From Octopus sinensis (lineage: Eukaryota), in contig NC_043009.1 of assembly GCF_006345805.1 (NCBI RefSeq), positions 44,330,001 to 44,394,000 of the forward strand: a stretch of DNA of 64,000 nt, read 5' to 3'. A program made the position numbers and the translations under genes. This document shows, piece after piece, positions 23,270 through 37,476 of this stretch (positions within the stretch are counted from its first letter, which is position 1; each line of letters begins with the position of its first letter). The notes beneath the pieces are model-generated. The model did not search any database and was not told where the DNA came from. It was given only the letters and a program-made list of their open reading frames with translations.

Positions 23270-25648
23270 TTAAAGATTAACTATGTATTTCCGTAATACA
23301 TTCACACACATGCATTCACACAAACACTTGGGTTTAACAAGGGAGCTTCTGTGTGGTCATTGGAAATGCTAGAAATAACATGGTCATAACTAAAATGCCT
23401 TTGAAGAGAGAGTAGAGATGGATGGAGAAGTGAAGGTGGACATGGATAGAGTGGTGAGTATAGACTAGCACAGTCTCTCATACATAAGCCTTGTGGAGGA
23501 CAGGAATGTAGAGTGATGGGTGGGCACAGATAGGCTTGGCAGGATACAAAGATACACATATATACATGTGTGTGTGTGTATATAAATATAAAATCAAAAC
23601 TGACAGAAATAAACACCAACATACACACTTGCACTATACAGTATCAGGTGGTTCTGTGCAACATCTGAAAATACTAATAAAACTTTAGCATTCATAGTAC
23701 TAAGTGTTCTGGTATTTCAGCCTATACATATATCTTAATCTATACTATATAAAAATATAATGAACTGAAACGAAAACACATTATTTTGTAATGGAGAGCA
23801 GATAAGTTTCCTCTTACAAAAAATGAATCATCATCATCGTTATGTCCTCAATAAAGGAAGAACTTTGATTGCCAATTTGAAAATGATCTCATTTATTTAC
23901 AAATGGGTTAAATTTGTTCTTATCTACCTCACTGCATACTTATATTGCTTATCTTTGCACCATCTACAATCATTTAGCAAGTGGTCTCTGTCTCGCATGT
24001 ACGTATATCTGTTCTAAAAATAAAATTATATAAATAGCTAGAGGAGAGGCCATTACTCGTGAACTTTACCCTGGCTGCTCCTTTGTATTGACACCCACCA
24101 TCATCCAGACCGGTGTAATTGTTACAACTGATGCTTGAACATCAGCAAGCATGGATGTTAAAGGAACCAGGACCTGATTGGAATGCTTGCGACAGAAAGA
24201 ACTCTGAGGTATTGAAGGAGGTGATGGTGTTAAACTAGACTGCAGAGAAGGGGACTGATACCCAAGTTAAGGTTTGCTAAAAGCATATGCTCATGTTGTA
24301 CCTAGGTCGTATATAGATAGCTGATGATGCTTTCATTTTCTAGATAATTTTTATTTATAAAAATTAGGTGAGAGGAATATAAGGCCACAATTTGGAATCT
24401 TTTGTCATGGCCATGGCCAAGACAGATTTTAACTGCAGAAGTTCATTCCTCTGCAAATGACAGATATGGTCATGTGATTAAATGGTTCATTTGGGGAGCC
24501 ACACACGTCTAGATTTGATTGCACTGCACAATAACTTTGGGCAAGTGCCTTCCACTATAGTTTGAGATTAATTCAAGCTTTGTAAATGTAATTTGGTAAA
24601 CAAAACTATAGGAATCTCGTTCAACAGATTACATTTGTTCTTGGGTGGTGGACTTAAAGTGTCGGCTTAACACCACCACCTTAGCCTTGGATAACTCCTT
24701 TAGTGGTGTCCACTCTATTGCAAACACCTGGACCAGATTTCCTATATGAAAATAAATTACAATTTATCTGGAGGTCTTAGCCAGTATCCTTTCTGCTTTC
24801 TTAACTTGACCATTAAAGAAACATCCCCCTCGAAAAAGTGACACATATAAGTGGATTTCAGTTCAGCTGTGTAAGTTAACAAAGCATTTATCGCATAATA
24901 GTGCACTTTGACAGTTTACTGTACTGCTCTTGTTGGGTTTTACAAACTACCCATGAGACACAATATACAGGAGTATCAGTGATAGTGTTGCTACCACCAT
25001 ACTTTTATTGACGTGAACATGTACTATCCAGTTCACAAACAAAGAAGTCATTTGTTGTCCCTTTTTTGTGCAAAGCAATATAATTTGATATTGTTCAGTG
25101 ATATTGGTGAAATTTACTGATTGTCATATTTGTGGTTGGGTAATTCTATTGGTCACAAACAAGCCACTAGTAGAAGCCTCTGCGTGGTTTCTTGATTTGC
25201 TATTGATAACATCCTAGACATCCTCAAGTCATATCCTGCTGAGAGGAATACATTACATAATGTAGTTTGCATATATATTATGTCTGATTGGGGGGTAGGA
25301 TGGTCACAAGTGGAACACCTGTTGTCACAGGCCTGCTGATTCTGGGTTCATTTGGGGCTAAACAGCAACTCTTCAAAAACATACACTCACACACTTAGAC
25401 ATAAACACATTGAAAACATTACAGCTGTTATTTTCACCACTGTTTTCTTTCTGGTAACAACATAGGTTTAAATTTAATTTATTATTACATAATGATTAAT
25501 GTAATTTGCTTTCACCATCAAAATCCTTAGGCTTGTAATCCTGCTAATGAATAAATGAATGAGCCCTGTTCAGAACTTCGAAAATGAACTATAAAGCATA
25601 TATATATTTCACTTGGAGCTCTTTAACACTTTGCAGTGTTTATCTTAA

Positions 25649-25867
25649 CCCTTTTGTTACCATATTTCTGTTGAGATGCTCTGTGTTTCTTTCAATTAAT
25701 TTTAAATATAACAAAGAACTTAGTAAAATAACTTAATCACTAAACTAGTGTTAGGGACATAAATTGTAATTAAGGCTTGGTAGAAGATTTTAATTCAAAA
25801 CTTACGAAAACAAGACATTTGCACTACAGAGCCAGAGGCGGTTTTAGCCAGGTTGGTATCGAATGGG
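25649..25867 (+). mobile_element. TTAA-flanked MITE, family P1
   Basis: TTAA at 25645-25648 and 25868-25871; colinear with 20581-20801. Confidence 0.85.
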
Positions 25868-27506
25868 TTAATGAAAAAAATAGTTGAATACAAACTATGA
25901 ACTTTGTGAAATATATCTTTCTTTTTTTTTTGCTAAATATGTTGCTCCTAAAAATCGTTTCTCTCTCTCTTTCTCTCTCACCTCTCTCACACACACTTCA
26001 TTTTGTATCTGGTTTGCAAGATTCCTTATGTGAATTCATGTGATGAAACAAACTTTGTTGTGCTTGTGCCTTAATATGACATGCTCACTGGTTCAATTAC
26101 CACTCATTTAGTTATATATACATGTGTGTGTGTGTCTATACACACACATACAGATTGATCCTACTTGGATTCACTGCAATGTAGTAACCTGTCAGTTAAG
26201 AGGTTTACTTCCCAACCACATCATTTTCTCTTCAGTTCAACTTTGACACCTTGGGTGTCTTCTACTGTAGCCCTAGGCCAACCAAAATCTTGTGAATGGA
26301 TTTGGTAGATAGAAACTGAAAGAAGCCTGTTTGAGAGAGAGAGAGAGAGAGTGTGTATGTTTGTGTTTCCTTGACTTGACATCACATGGCAGTTGTAAAT
26401 GAGTGTCACTGTCATACAAACAGCTGTTATTCGTCCCAATATTCTGCAAAAACATGTCTTGCTTGGAAACAGGTGAGGGCTGGCAACAGGAAGAGCATCC
26501 AGTCATAGAAAATCTGCCTCGCTAAAAAAGTCTGTCCAACCCATGCAAGCATGGAAAAGTGAATGTTGAAATGATAATAATGACGACACATATACATAGT
26601 GTGTGTGTAGTCCTGACTCTATGATACAGAGTTCATTTTGTCATTGTGTAGTCAGTTCTGTTTTATTCTACAATACTTTGGGAAAGTGTCTTCTTCTGTA
26701 GCTTTGGCTGACTAGCACCTTGGGATTGAGGTAAGTAGATGGAAACTATGTAAGTCCATTGTGTGTGTGAAAGTTTACATTTTGAACATAGCATGGAAGT
26801 GCTGAGCTGATAAGAAATTACTGGTGTTTGTTGACATTCCCTGTGAAAAAAATCATCTAGCCTTGTTTTTGGAATCAAGTAGAATAAATAATCCCTTATA
26901 TGCAAAACAGGTAAAGTTTTGAGACAAGAGTGGCATCCATCTATAAAACAATAAATATTCCTCCAACTCATGCTAGCTTGGGAAAATGGATGTAAGAGTG
27001 AAGTGTAATAAAATCATCAAATTTTAGTACAAGGCCAGCAATTTTGGTGGCAGGGGTCTGCTTAGCTGGTACTTATTTCACTTGATCCCTAAAGGAAGAA
27101 AGGCAAAGTCAACCTGGGCAATATTTGAACTCAGAGTGAAATATAAATTCATATTTGTTACAACTGTGTTCTCACCTGTATGTGTATATATATATATATA
27201 TATATATTAGTGCTCCAGTTTAGCTGTAAATAGTTCCTATATAGATTACATATTGCAGTTGTACCCATATGCATTGGGAGTAATATGTAATTGAAAAGAG
27301 TTTTATTTTTTCCATATAAAACTCATATCATAGCTTCTTATGATCATAGCTTGCTGTGGCATTATATTCAAGTTGCAAGACTAAACAACCTGTTGATGGA
27401 TAGAAGACAGGATGGTTGGTCACAAGTATCTTGTTTCGGAAAATTTTATCAACTAACTGTATATGTTATTTGTTATATGCATACATCTCTGCATGTATAC
27501 ATACAC

Positions 27507-27568
27507 ACTCTCTCTCTCTCTCTCTCTCTCCCTCCCTCCCTCCCTCTCCCCCTCCCTCCCTCCCACCA

Positions 27569-27610
<42 letters not shown>
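27507..27610. repeat. (CT)n/(CCCT)n polypyrimidine microsatellite
   Basis: Direct reading. Confidence 0.9.
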
Positions 27611-28339
27611 AATATCACAGTCACAGATAACCTTTTAAATTTATGGCCTAAAATGTTGTTGTTTTTGACATTGCTAATCCTTTAGCATCTTCTTGGTTTA
27701 GTAATAATTTGACAACATTTATAAACCCATTATCTCCTGATTAAAACAATTTACATATTAGCCCAAGACCCCAACTACAACTCTCGAAGTAACTTTATGC
27801 ATTTCAGAGATAATACTGGATTTCAGTGGTACTTTCCCTAAAACATTTTTAATGCCCCCCTGTCCAGATTCTGAAGTATTAACTGCAAACATGTAGACTC
27901 TATAAACAGAAATTTATCAATCTACATTAATTAGTAAAACTATGCAGTAGTGTATTTTCCTATTTATAAATATAATTTACAAATACAAGGGTGAGTCAAA
28001 AATTATCTGCACTTTTACCAAAACTTTCTTTAGGTTAAGTCACACTGCCTTCAGTGCTTATATACTTAAAGGTGATGCTCTTGTGGTTATATAACTGAGG
28101 TTTGGTCTTGATTGTTCCCATTCTTTTCTTGTATTACATTAAACATGGCTGCTCTGCTGGCAATGTGCACCAAAGAAGAACAGAAATCAGTGATCTGGTT
28201 TCTCTGGTCTGAAGGTGTGTCTGGCTGAAATTCATTGTAGGCTTTTAGTACAATACAAGGACAGCACCCTACCATGTAGAAGTGTGTGTGTGTGTGTGAG
28301 GAGATCAAGAAATTTAATGGCCAATTGAAAGAAAAGGAT

Positions 28340-28780
28340 CAGATAGTCCTTTGCCATTGGGGCGATGGATTGGCAGAATCCTTAGACTGTTTGCACAAAA
28401 TGCTTTGTGGTATTTGTTCTGTATATGTTCTGGGTTCGAATCCCGTTGAGGTCAAATTTGCATTTTATTTCTTCAGAGTTGATAAAATATAGTACCAGTC
28501 AAGTACTGGGATCAAGGGTATCGAGTAATCCCCTCCTCCAAATTTTGGTCCTTATTAGAAACATTTAAGTCGATGAGCTGGCAGAATCACTAGCATGCTT
28601 GACAAAAAATTACTCAGTGACATTTTGTCTGTCTTTATGTTCTGAGTTCAAATTCTACCAAGCTCACTTTTGCCCTTCATCTGTTAAGGATTGATAAAAT
28701 AAATACCACTTAAGCACTTGATCAGTATAATTGACTAACTTCCTTACCTAAAATTTCAGGCTTTATCCCTTTAGTTGAAA
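28340..28780 (+). mobile_element. SINE family A, tandem pair
   Basis: Core motifs present twice. Confidence 0.7.
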
Positions 28781-30346
28781 GAATTATTATTAATTTTGGA
28801 AAAGAAAGCATTATACATTACAGAATTTTCTGGTATAGTGTGTGTAACAGGTATTTATGTTCATTTATGTATAAGGACATATTTATATTCATGTATATAT
28901 AGTCTATATTTATATTCATATATTTAGGTGTGTTTCTGCAATTTAAGAAAAACAATCTGAGTCACAGGGTGTTTAGGCTTTGAAGTTAAAAAAATATTTC
29001 CTATTTAAAAAAAAAAAAATTTATGTGGGAGGTAAATCGATTTCAGAAGTAACCAATTTGAATATTTTCCTAGTTACAAGTCTGTAAACCTAGATATAAA
29101 ATCTTCATCGTTCTTATTAAAGCAAAACAAAATTGTGAGTCTCACATCAACTTTCTATTCAGTATTAACATAGATGGCAACAAAATGTGTATTTTGAGAA
29201 AGAATTCACTTCGCAGTCTTAAATTTACACAATCATTATAATTTAATGTAATTTCCATGGTGGCATGAGTGGAATAGTTTGACATGGGTGTCAGTATTTG
29301 GACTGAAGTTAAGTAAATAAAGAAGTAGATCTAATGTTTCTGCCACTCTTGTAAAGTGGTTTGTGTTGGGAATGGTATCCAGCCGAAGAAACTAAGCCGA
29401 AGATGAAAACTCACGAGTCAGACATGGGCCGCCAACTCATCTAGGAGGGCTATGACTCTGAGTAGGTGCTGATTCAGGCCACAACAACTTAACCCACACT
29501 AAAATGGAAAGCAAGCAAAACACTAGTGGAATCGGTGTTGTTGGCATTATTGTCTCTGACCAAGGGTTCTACTCGAGATACGAGAGCTTAACTTCCTCAC
29601 GACAGAAAATTTATTCCTGTGGAGTTTTTATGTAACCATTTGCCCTCACTAAGGATTGTCATTTTTCCATTAATTTAAGTCATAATTTTTATTTTCTTAA
29701 TGAAATGAAACTAAATAATGTAAAATACTTCAAAAAATTGTTGCATTTACTTTTTTTTTTATCTGCATAATTTGTGTATAAAGAAATATTAGGAAGAGAG
29801 GACAGATTAAACAGTTCATAACCAAAGAAAATGGGGTTGGGATATAACTGTTTGCAAAATTTATCTATAGAATATCTGTAACTTTTTATAGATATACTAG
29901 TTCTATATTTTACTATTATATACTCACTATCATCATCATCTTTCAATGGCCAGATGCATTTCCTACTGCCAACACTGTTAATGCTTCTGACCACACATAG
30001 ATATTGTCTACCTATTTCTAAAACTAGATGGCATGTTGTATAGGTAACTGACTTGGGCACTCAAACTCATAAGAGTGCCATGATGTCAAATGGTGTATCA
30101 TGGGCATTTTTGAGATTTACCAAAGTCCATTCCTCTGACCACAGCCAATTTGTTAAAGAAAGAGAGAAAAATTGACTTCAGTACAGAACTGGTACTTTAT
30201 CAATCCTCAAAGGAGTCACAGGCTTACATTGCCTTCGTTATGTTTGAACTTAGAGTGCAGATATCTGGAAAGAATACTCCAAAGTAATCTAGCCAAACCT
30301 CTCCCAGTTTTGCTGCCATAAATTGTATAGTTTTAATTATCATTGG

Positions 30347-30397
30347 TAATTATTATATCCTGTTAATTATTATATCCTGTTAATTATTACATTCTGT
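30347..30397. repeat. 17-bp minisatellite x3 (taattattatatcctgt)
   Basis: Direct reading. Confidence 0.9.
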
Positions 30398-31665
30398 TAG
30401 GAATTATTTCATACAAGTTATATTTTAAACTCTGTTAATAACGGTAGAAATATGAAAATCAGAATCGTTTAATTTCTTCCCTGTTTCCTCTTTCATTAGT
30501 TGATGCACCTGTTTATTTTCTGCTGGATTTATGACTAGCACCATCGCATTACCAATGATGCAGTCTTTGGATTGTTTCCAAAGCATTCCATTAATTGCAG
30601 TGAAAGTCACATATGATTTATTTTTATTAATTTTAGAATTCAAAGCAAGAGGTGTTCCATTGGCTCAACCGAACCTATATTGACGTGAACTCATGAGTTC
30701 AGTATTTTAGGTTTCTTTTATTCATCATCACCACCACCACATGTCTACTTTTCCTTGCTTTCATGGCTCAGTCAGAAATTGTTGAGGCAGACTTTCAATG
30801 ACTGGATGCCCTTTCTGTCACCAACCCTCACCTGTTTCCAAGTAAAGCAATATTTCCTGTGACAACCTTACATAGTTTCATGGAATATTGGAAACAGACT
30901 TCCCTTGTGTCACAGTGACACTTACAACTGTCATTTGATATCAAGGCAGAGAGACACTAATATACATGTGCACGCTCAGACACACACACACAAAGCAGCC
31001 AGTATACTCTGTAAAGTGTTTGGTGTTAGGAAAGGCATTCAGCTGTAGGAACAATGCCAAAACAGACGACTGGAGCCTGATGCAGCCCTCTGGCTTGCTA
31101 GTGCCTGTCAAACTGTCCAACCCATGCCAGCATAGAAAACGGATGTTAAATGATGATGATGATTGTATGTGTGTGTGACAGAGGTCTTTCAGTTACCATC
31201 TACTAAATCCACTCCTAAGGCTTTTGTCAGCCTGGGGCTATAGTAGACAGCACTTGCCCAAGGTACCATGCTAAGAAACTGAACCGAAAATCAAGTGGTT
31301 GGAAAGCAAACTCCTTCCCACTCAGCCAAGACTGCACCTTTTATTCATATTCTTTTGTTCATAACAGCTAAGGTGTTATTCATACCATCTTGGCTGTTAT
31401 TGCAGATATGGGGGTGGTTAAAGTGGCTCAGTGTTACATAGAATGCCTTTTCTCCGTATCTCTGTGTTCTGTGTTCACATCCTGCTGCGGTCAGCTTTGC
31501 CTTTCATCTTGGGAGCAGGGTGGGTGAATAAAAATGTACCAATTCATGGCAGTGGATTGGTGGAACTTTTAGAGTCTTGGAATTAGATGTTATGCAAGAT
31601 CTAATTGAGATCATTGCATTCTGAAAAACAATTGCTGCAACAGTACTAGTGCCTGGCTGTGACAG

Positions 31666-31805
31666 CCTAAACCTGCAGTTTCCTTGAATAACGTCAGTGG
31701 CATAGAGAATGGAGGCTTGCATGCAGGATCAACTGCCAGTAGTAGCAGCATCAGTAGTACTACAACACTTTTATCCAGACCAGCACATACAAGTGGAGGC
31801 ACATG
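31666..31805 (+). CDS. Weak candidate upstream exon (PKPAVSLNNVSGIENGGLHAGSTASSSSISSTTTLLSRPAHTSGGT)
   Basis: Non-repetitive, more GC-balanced, S/T/G-rich open frame with ag...G|gttaat; the acceptor polypyrimidine tract is poor. Confidence 0.25.
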
Positions 31806-33523
31806 GTTAATCATAGCCAGTAGAGGACCCTAGAGATATTGTAACTAAATATGATTATTAGGAAGCACCAGGCTAAATCTGTTATAGAAGCAGTTTGTCT
31901 AAGATATATATTTAAGTTTGCAACTAAAATGAAAAAAAAAAAAGGCTTTTTAATAGATCCTAGTGGAAGTTTATTTTGATGAAAATGTTACTTATGTTAT
32001 TTAAAAATTTAAAAACATTTTTTTTTATGGTTCTAAATGGTGCAAAGTTGAAATCAAATGAGAAAAAACTTCATTCTTGGACAGGAAAGGGTTTTCATTT
32101 TGGCTACAAAAAAAGAAGCAAATTTCTTTTAATCAATTACAAAACAGTTTAAACTTTTGTTCCATAAAAGGATCATTTATATTCTCTGTGGATGAGATAT
32201 TTGAATTACTCTTTTGTTTTGGACATTCTACCAGAGGGAAGCATTAGAGTGTTTCTGTAGCAAAAGATTGGGTGGAAATGAATGTTTTTGTTTCATTTCA
32301 TTTCTTTCCTTTTACATCTGATTTTCTGTGCTTGTGTGGGTCAGATGAATATATTACTGATACATTATTTTACAATCTGGATGCTCTTCCTGTCACTAAC
32401 CCTCACTTGAAAAACAAGTGAGGGATTTCTTATTCCATGCATCTTTCAAAGGTGTAAAACCAGTGAAGGACACATTGACAGGAAAAATAACTGTAACATC
32501 AGTTTGTAGTTCAACAATTTTCTGAGAAGTACGTGTGTATGCACATATGTATGCATACAAAACATACAGTCACACATACACACACAATGGGCTTCTTTCA
32601 GTTTCTCTCAACCAAACCTATTCACAAGATTTTATTCATCCTAGAGCTATAATAGAAGGCAGTTGTCGAAGTGCCATGCAGTGGGATTGAACCTGAAACC
32701 ATGTGGTTGTAAAATGAACATTTTAACTACACAGTAATGTTTCTCTCATCTAAACACAACCAAGCAAAACAGTTGAATAGATGAGGTTTTTAGCCACAAA
32801 TTCATGATGTGAGAGTTCAAATCTACAGCTGATGTTATTTTGTTGCATGGTTTTTCAGGGTTGGTGATTGGGGACTCCTTGAAATAAGGTTTTTATTCTA
32901 TCCAAGAATCAGTTTGATTCTCAATTGCTACACCTTTTGGATTAAAGTAGCAGCAGTAAAAGTTCCTTGTATCTTAAATGAAAGGATAGCATCATTATCA
33001 TCATACATCCGTTTTCCATGCTGGCAGGAGCCGGCCATTTGATGAGCTGCCTTGGCTGCTTGTTTGTTTTGGCATGTTTTCTATGGCTGGATGCCCTTCC
33101 TAATGCCAACCACTTTACAGTGTGTACTGGGTGCCTTTACACAGCACCGGCATGGGTGCGTTTACGTGGCACCATCCTGCAAGGTTAGGAATTCTCAGCT
33201 GGAGAGGGATGCAGGGGATAGCCTTGTATGCAAGCACAACCATGCTTTTACTTAGCTTGATGATCAATATTTTACAATTCAAGTTCTTTATAATAATAGT
33301 CCTTCTTGCTATAGGCACAAAACCAAAAGGGGTGGGAATGTAACTCAGTTACACCCCACCCCTCCCTGCATGTGCACTCGGCTGGTACTTAATTTATTGA
33401 CCACAAGGTTGAGAGGCAAAGTCAACAGAATTTAAACATAAGACAGACGAAATACCACTAAGTATTTTGTCTGACATGCTAATGATTCTGCAAGTTTGCT
33501 ACCTTAATAATAATGGTAATAAT

Positions 33524-33879
33524 AACGAGCACTCAGAGAGTGCAAACCTCTGCCAAGGCAACACCAGCATCCTCTCAACGATTAGCCAGAGATGGTTTTT
33601 AAAATGAGAATATCTGAAATAAAATTGATTGCTCTCACAAACGAGAATACTAAAAATGAACCTGACTGCTCTCAGAAATTAAGTTAAAAATCAGAAAAAA
33701 TAATCCAGAATCGTTGTACAGTACCAGATCGATCCCAAAATCTTATCAGTCCGTGCCAGTCACAAGGCCAAACATCTCTGAAAGTTTCATCTGAATCCAT
33801 CCAGAAGTTCTTGAGATATCTTGTCCACAGGCAAATAAACATGACTGCAAAACAATACCTCTGCCTTCGCAGAAGTAAT
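33524..33879 (-). mobile_element. Helentron-associated (DINE-1/HINE-like) non-autonomous element
   Basis: Subterminal acctctgcc at 33546-33554 and terminal hairpin acctctgc-cttc-gcagaagt at 33857-33876, in TAA/TT context. Confidence 0.5.
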
Positions 33880-34087
33880 AATGACTTAATGTAACATTAT
33901 CAGTCATCTTTACTGTTTAATAGTGCTTCATTTTATGTTGATGTGGATTTGGTAAATATTCATTTCAATAACATTATACCTTTTGTTTATAGCATTCCCC
34001 TGTCTTTTACCCAGTAGGTGTCCTCCCTGTTTTCTGCTCTTAATTTTCTCTTCCTTCATCTGCAACCAAACCAAAACAATCATTTAC

Positions 34088-34520
34088 ATCATCATCATCA
34101 TCGTTTAACGTCCGTTCTCCATGCTAGCATGGGTTGGACGGTTTGACCGGGGATCTGGGAAGCCAGAAGGCTGCACCAGGCTCCGGTCTTATCTGGCAAT
34201 GTTTCTACAGCTGGATGCCCTTCCTAACGCCAACCACTCTGTGAGTGTAGTGGGTGCTTTTTACGTGCCACCTGCACTGGAGCCAGGCAAGGCTGGCATC
34301 GGCCACGGTCGGATTGGTGCATTTTACGTGCCACCTGCACGGAAGCCAGTCGAGGCGGCACTGGCTTCGGCCACGATTCGGATGGTGCTTTTTACGTGCC
34401 ACCGACACGGAAGCCAGTCGAGGCAGCGCTGGCATCGGCCACGATTCGGATAGTGCTTTTTACGTATCTCCAGTCCAGGGGTCCTGGCATCTGCCAGGTG
34501 TCAGTCATAGGATTGGTTCA
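34088..34520 (-). mobile_element. SINE family C ((GAT)n tail) with an internal 63-68 bp VNTR
   Basis: Units start at 34253, 34316, 34384 and 34452; further copies at about 13793, 32995, 38820(+), 39323, 45200(+), 50385, 55510, 58515 and 63630. Confidence 0.85.
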
Positions 34521-35043
34521 ATTTCGATTCCGATTTCGATTTCTATAAAAACAGACCTAATATGTCAGAATCGAAAACACAGTATGTAAATGCACAAAAA
34601 AAAAAAAAAGGTGGTGGTACTTAAAAATATCTTATCTGTGAAGGGGTTATCATAAGGTTTATGTCTAGTTCTTTCTTCAGAGATATTTAAACTGGTATAT
34701 TACCAGTTTAAATATCAACAATTGATGACAATTGTTGAAACATTTGAAATTTATTTACACATCAGATAGGGACAATAGCAACATCATCATCATGATTTTA
34801 TCCTTTTCGTTTGTTTTTTTTTTGTTGTTTTTTTTTTTTGCATGCTGGCATCTGTGATCTTTCACTTATTTCAACCATTGCACTGCAAGCCATGCTGGAG
34901 CATCTGCCTTGAAAAATGTAGTTGAACACATCAACTCCAGTACTTATTTTTTTTAAAGCCTGACAATTATTCTATTGGCCACTTTTGCCGAACTGCTAAG
35001 TTACAAGGGACTTAAACAAACTAACAGTGGGGCACAAAAACAG

Positions 35044-35094
<51 letters not shown>

Positions 35095-35954
35095 TGTGTG
35101 AAGGTGTATGGCTCACAATCATGAGGTGGTGAGTTTGATTCTCGGACTGGGCTGCGTTGTGTTCTTGAGCAAGACATTTTGTGTCTGGCGCCAAGCTGTA
35201 TCAGCCTTTTCCTTTCCTTTGGATAACATCGGTAACGTGGAGAGGGGAGGCTGGTACGTATGACTGACTGCCAGTCTTTTAGAAATAACCTTGCCTGGAC
35301 TTGTGCCTCAGAGGGCAACTTTCTAGATGCAGTCTCATGGCCATTCATGACCAAAAGGTGGTCCTTACCCTTTTTTATACATATCCATAAATACACCCAG
35401 CTTCTTTCAGTTTCTGTCTTCCAAATCCATTCACTGGATTAACAGTAGAAGACTCTTGAAGGTGACACACAGTGGGACTGAACTCAAGACCATAAGGTTG
35501 GGAAGTAAGCTTCTTAACATACAACTATGTTTTCATATATGTATGGCATTTAAAAATATATATATATATATCTTTTAGTCCAGTGGGAAAGTATCATCAA
35601 ACCAGAGACTGGGTTCAAATGCTTGCAAGAGTGAACTCCACCAAAGGCACCCCGAAAGTGCCATGTGATGATGTTAAACTGAGTGATGGATTATTAAATC
35701 TACCACCTAAGTATCCATGGTGGTAATCCACCACCACAGATTGGGTGTATTATCTTCTTTGTTAATCTGTCACACATACAACACTGAAAATCAGTCAATT
35801 TTGTTGTTATATGTCAGGCCTTCTGTGGTCTCCAACCACTTTACAGTGTGGAATCAGTGCATTTATAATACTACCATCACTGGGAAGGTTATCTGTTGCA
35901 AGACTAACAAGATAAACAAGATGCTATCCTGTATCTTTTTATTATTATTATTAT

Positions 35955-36415
35955 TATTATAGTGAGCTGCTGGAATCTTTAGCATGTGGACAAAATGTTT
36001 AGTGGTACTTGTTCATCTTTGTGTTCTGAGTTCAAATTCTGTCAAGGTTGATTTTTGCCTTTCAATCTTTCAGGACCAATAAAATAAATATCATTTGAAC
36101 TCTGGAGTCGATGTAATTGACTTACACCCTCCTCCAAAATTGCTAGCCTTGTGTAAAAATTATCATTATTATGATTGTTGTTGTTATTAAGGCGGCTAGC
36201 TGGCAGAACTATTAGCATACCAGACAAAATGTTTAGTGGCATTTTGTCCATCTTTTCATTCTGAGTTCAAATGTCACTGAGCTTGACTTCAACTTTCATC
36301 CTTTCATGGTTGATAAAATAAGTACCAGTCAAGCACTGGGGTTGATGGACTCAACTAGCCCCCTCCCTCAAAATTTCCAGGCTTTGTGCCTGTAGTAGAA
36401 AGGATTGTTATTATT
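35955..36415 (+). mobile_element. SINE family A, tandem pair
   Basis: Each copy starts directly after (ATT)n. Confidence 0.75.
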
Positions 36416-36779
36416 ATTTACTGTTCTTCTAGAAAGCTTGACTACTGTAGCTTGTGAAATCTCCCCACCTCCTTTGTGCCTTTATATTTGGTGTGGTTTT
36501 CCAGCTTGGTACCTCCCACCAACCACATAGACAGCAAACCTATATAAAAAGCCGCAGTATATCCAATATATATAATATTAGGCATACCAATCATGTCTAA
36601 CATGTATGTGCGTGTGTTGTTGTTTTCTTGTGTTTTTTCCTTTTTTAATAGTTCTCTGTGTTGTCTTCACTACAAATGTCGAGGGCAACAAATTGGCAGA
36701 ATCATTAGAATGCCAGGCAAATTGCTTTGTGATGCTTATTCTGGTTCTTTATGTTCTGAGTTCGAATCTCACCAAGCCA

Positions 36780-36964
36780 TCTTTTGAAACCAACTTGTCT
36801 GAAACTGCCCATGGTTCTACAATTTAAATTAAAACCTTCCTTCTAAATTTGATGTCAATTTATATTCCAGACACCTGCTTAACGATGGTTATCTAAATAA
36901 ATTATTTTCAAAATAAATTGAAACAAAGGTAGTGTAATTCAGCAGAAATATTGTAACAAAAAGG
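36780..36964 (-). mobile_element. TTAA-flanked MITE, family P3
   Basis: Ends ...aacaaaaagg|TTAA; reverse complement of 1162-1384. Confidence 0.7.
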
Positions 36965-37263
36965 TTAAACCCTTTCAGATTAGTATTTTGGAGGAAATAA
37001 AGTACCGGTCAGTGTCATTAACTAGTCTTCCCCACTTCAAAATTTCTGGCTTTGCATCTAATCTAAATACATTTGTCTTAGTTCACTCAGCTCTATCAAG
37101 AAAATCTATAATATGAAAGTGACTCAGTGAGTTCTGAAGACCTATTCCTAGGTTTCACACACTAGATATACTATATTTTATGTTATGGCAGTAGTTTTCT
37201 TGTTAGATACAGTGTAGCAGATGTGGTATATCTACCCAACTGAAGGACAACCTCAGTGTTTAA

Positions 37264-37476
37264 CCCTTTCATTACTGTACTTATGCTCTGTGTTTCTTTT
37301 AATTACTTTAAATATAACAAAGAATTTAGCAAAATAACTTAGTTATCATTCAGCTAGTGTTAAGAAGATAAATTGTGAGTAAGGTTTGGTGGAAGATTTT
37401 AATTCAAAACTTATGAAAACAAGACATTTGTACTCAGAGCCAGAGCCAGTTTCAGCCGGGTTTGGTAACGAAAGGG
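37264..37476 (+). mobile_element. TTAA-flanked MITE, family P1
   Basis: TTAA|ccctttc...gaaaggg|TTAA. Confidence 0.85.

Noticed and set aside
28286-28492. EEIKKFNGQLKEK resembling THOC2 YSGQLK
   Set aside because: Starts in a (TG)n tract, runs into a SINE, has no acceptor; chance similarity.
34121-34589. GC-rich ORFs with repeated peptides; superficially CRISPR-like repeat array
   Set aside because: VNTR inside a eukaryotic SINE; units are degenerate tandem repeats without unique spacers, and there are no cas genes.
35579-35725. Candidate exon after ttttAG
   Set aside because: Open frames exist but there is no convincing donor giving phase 0 into 38620.
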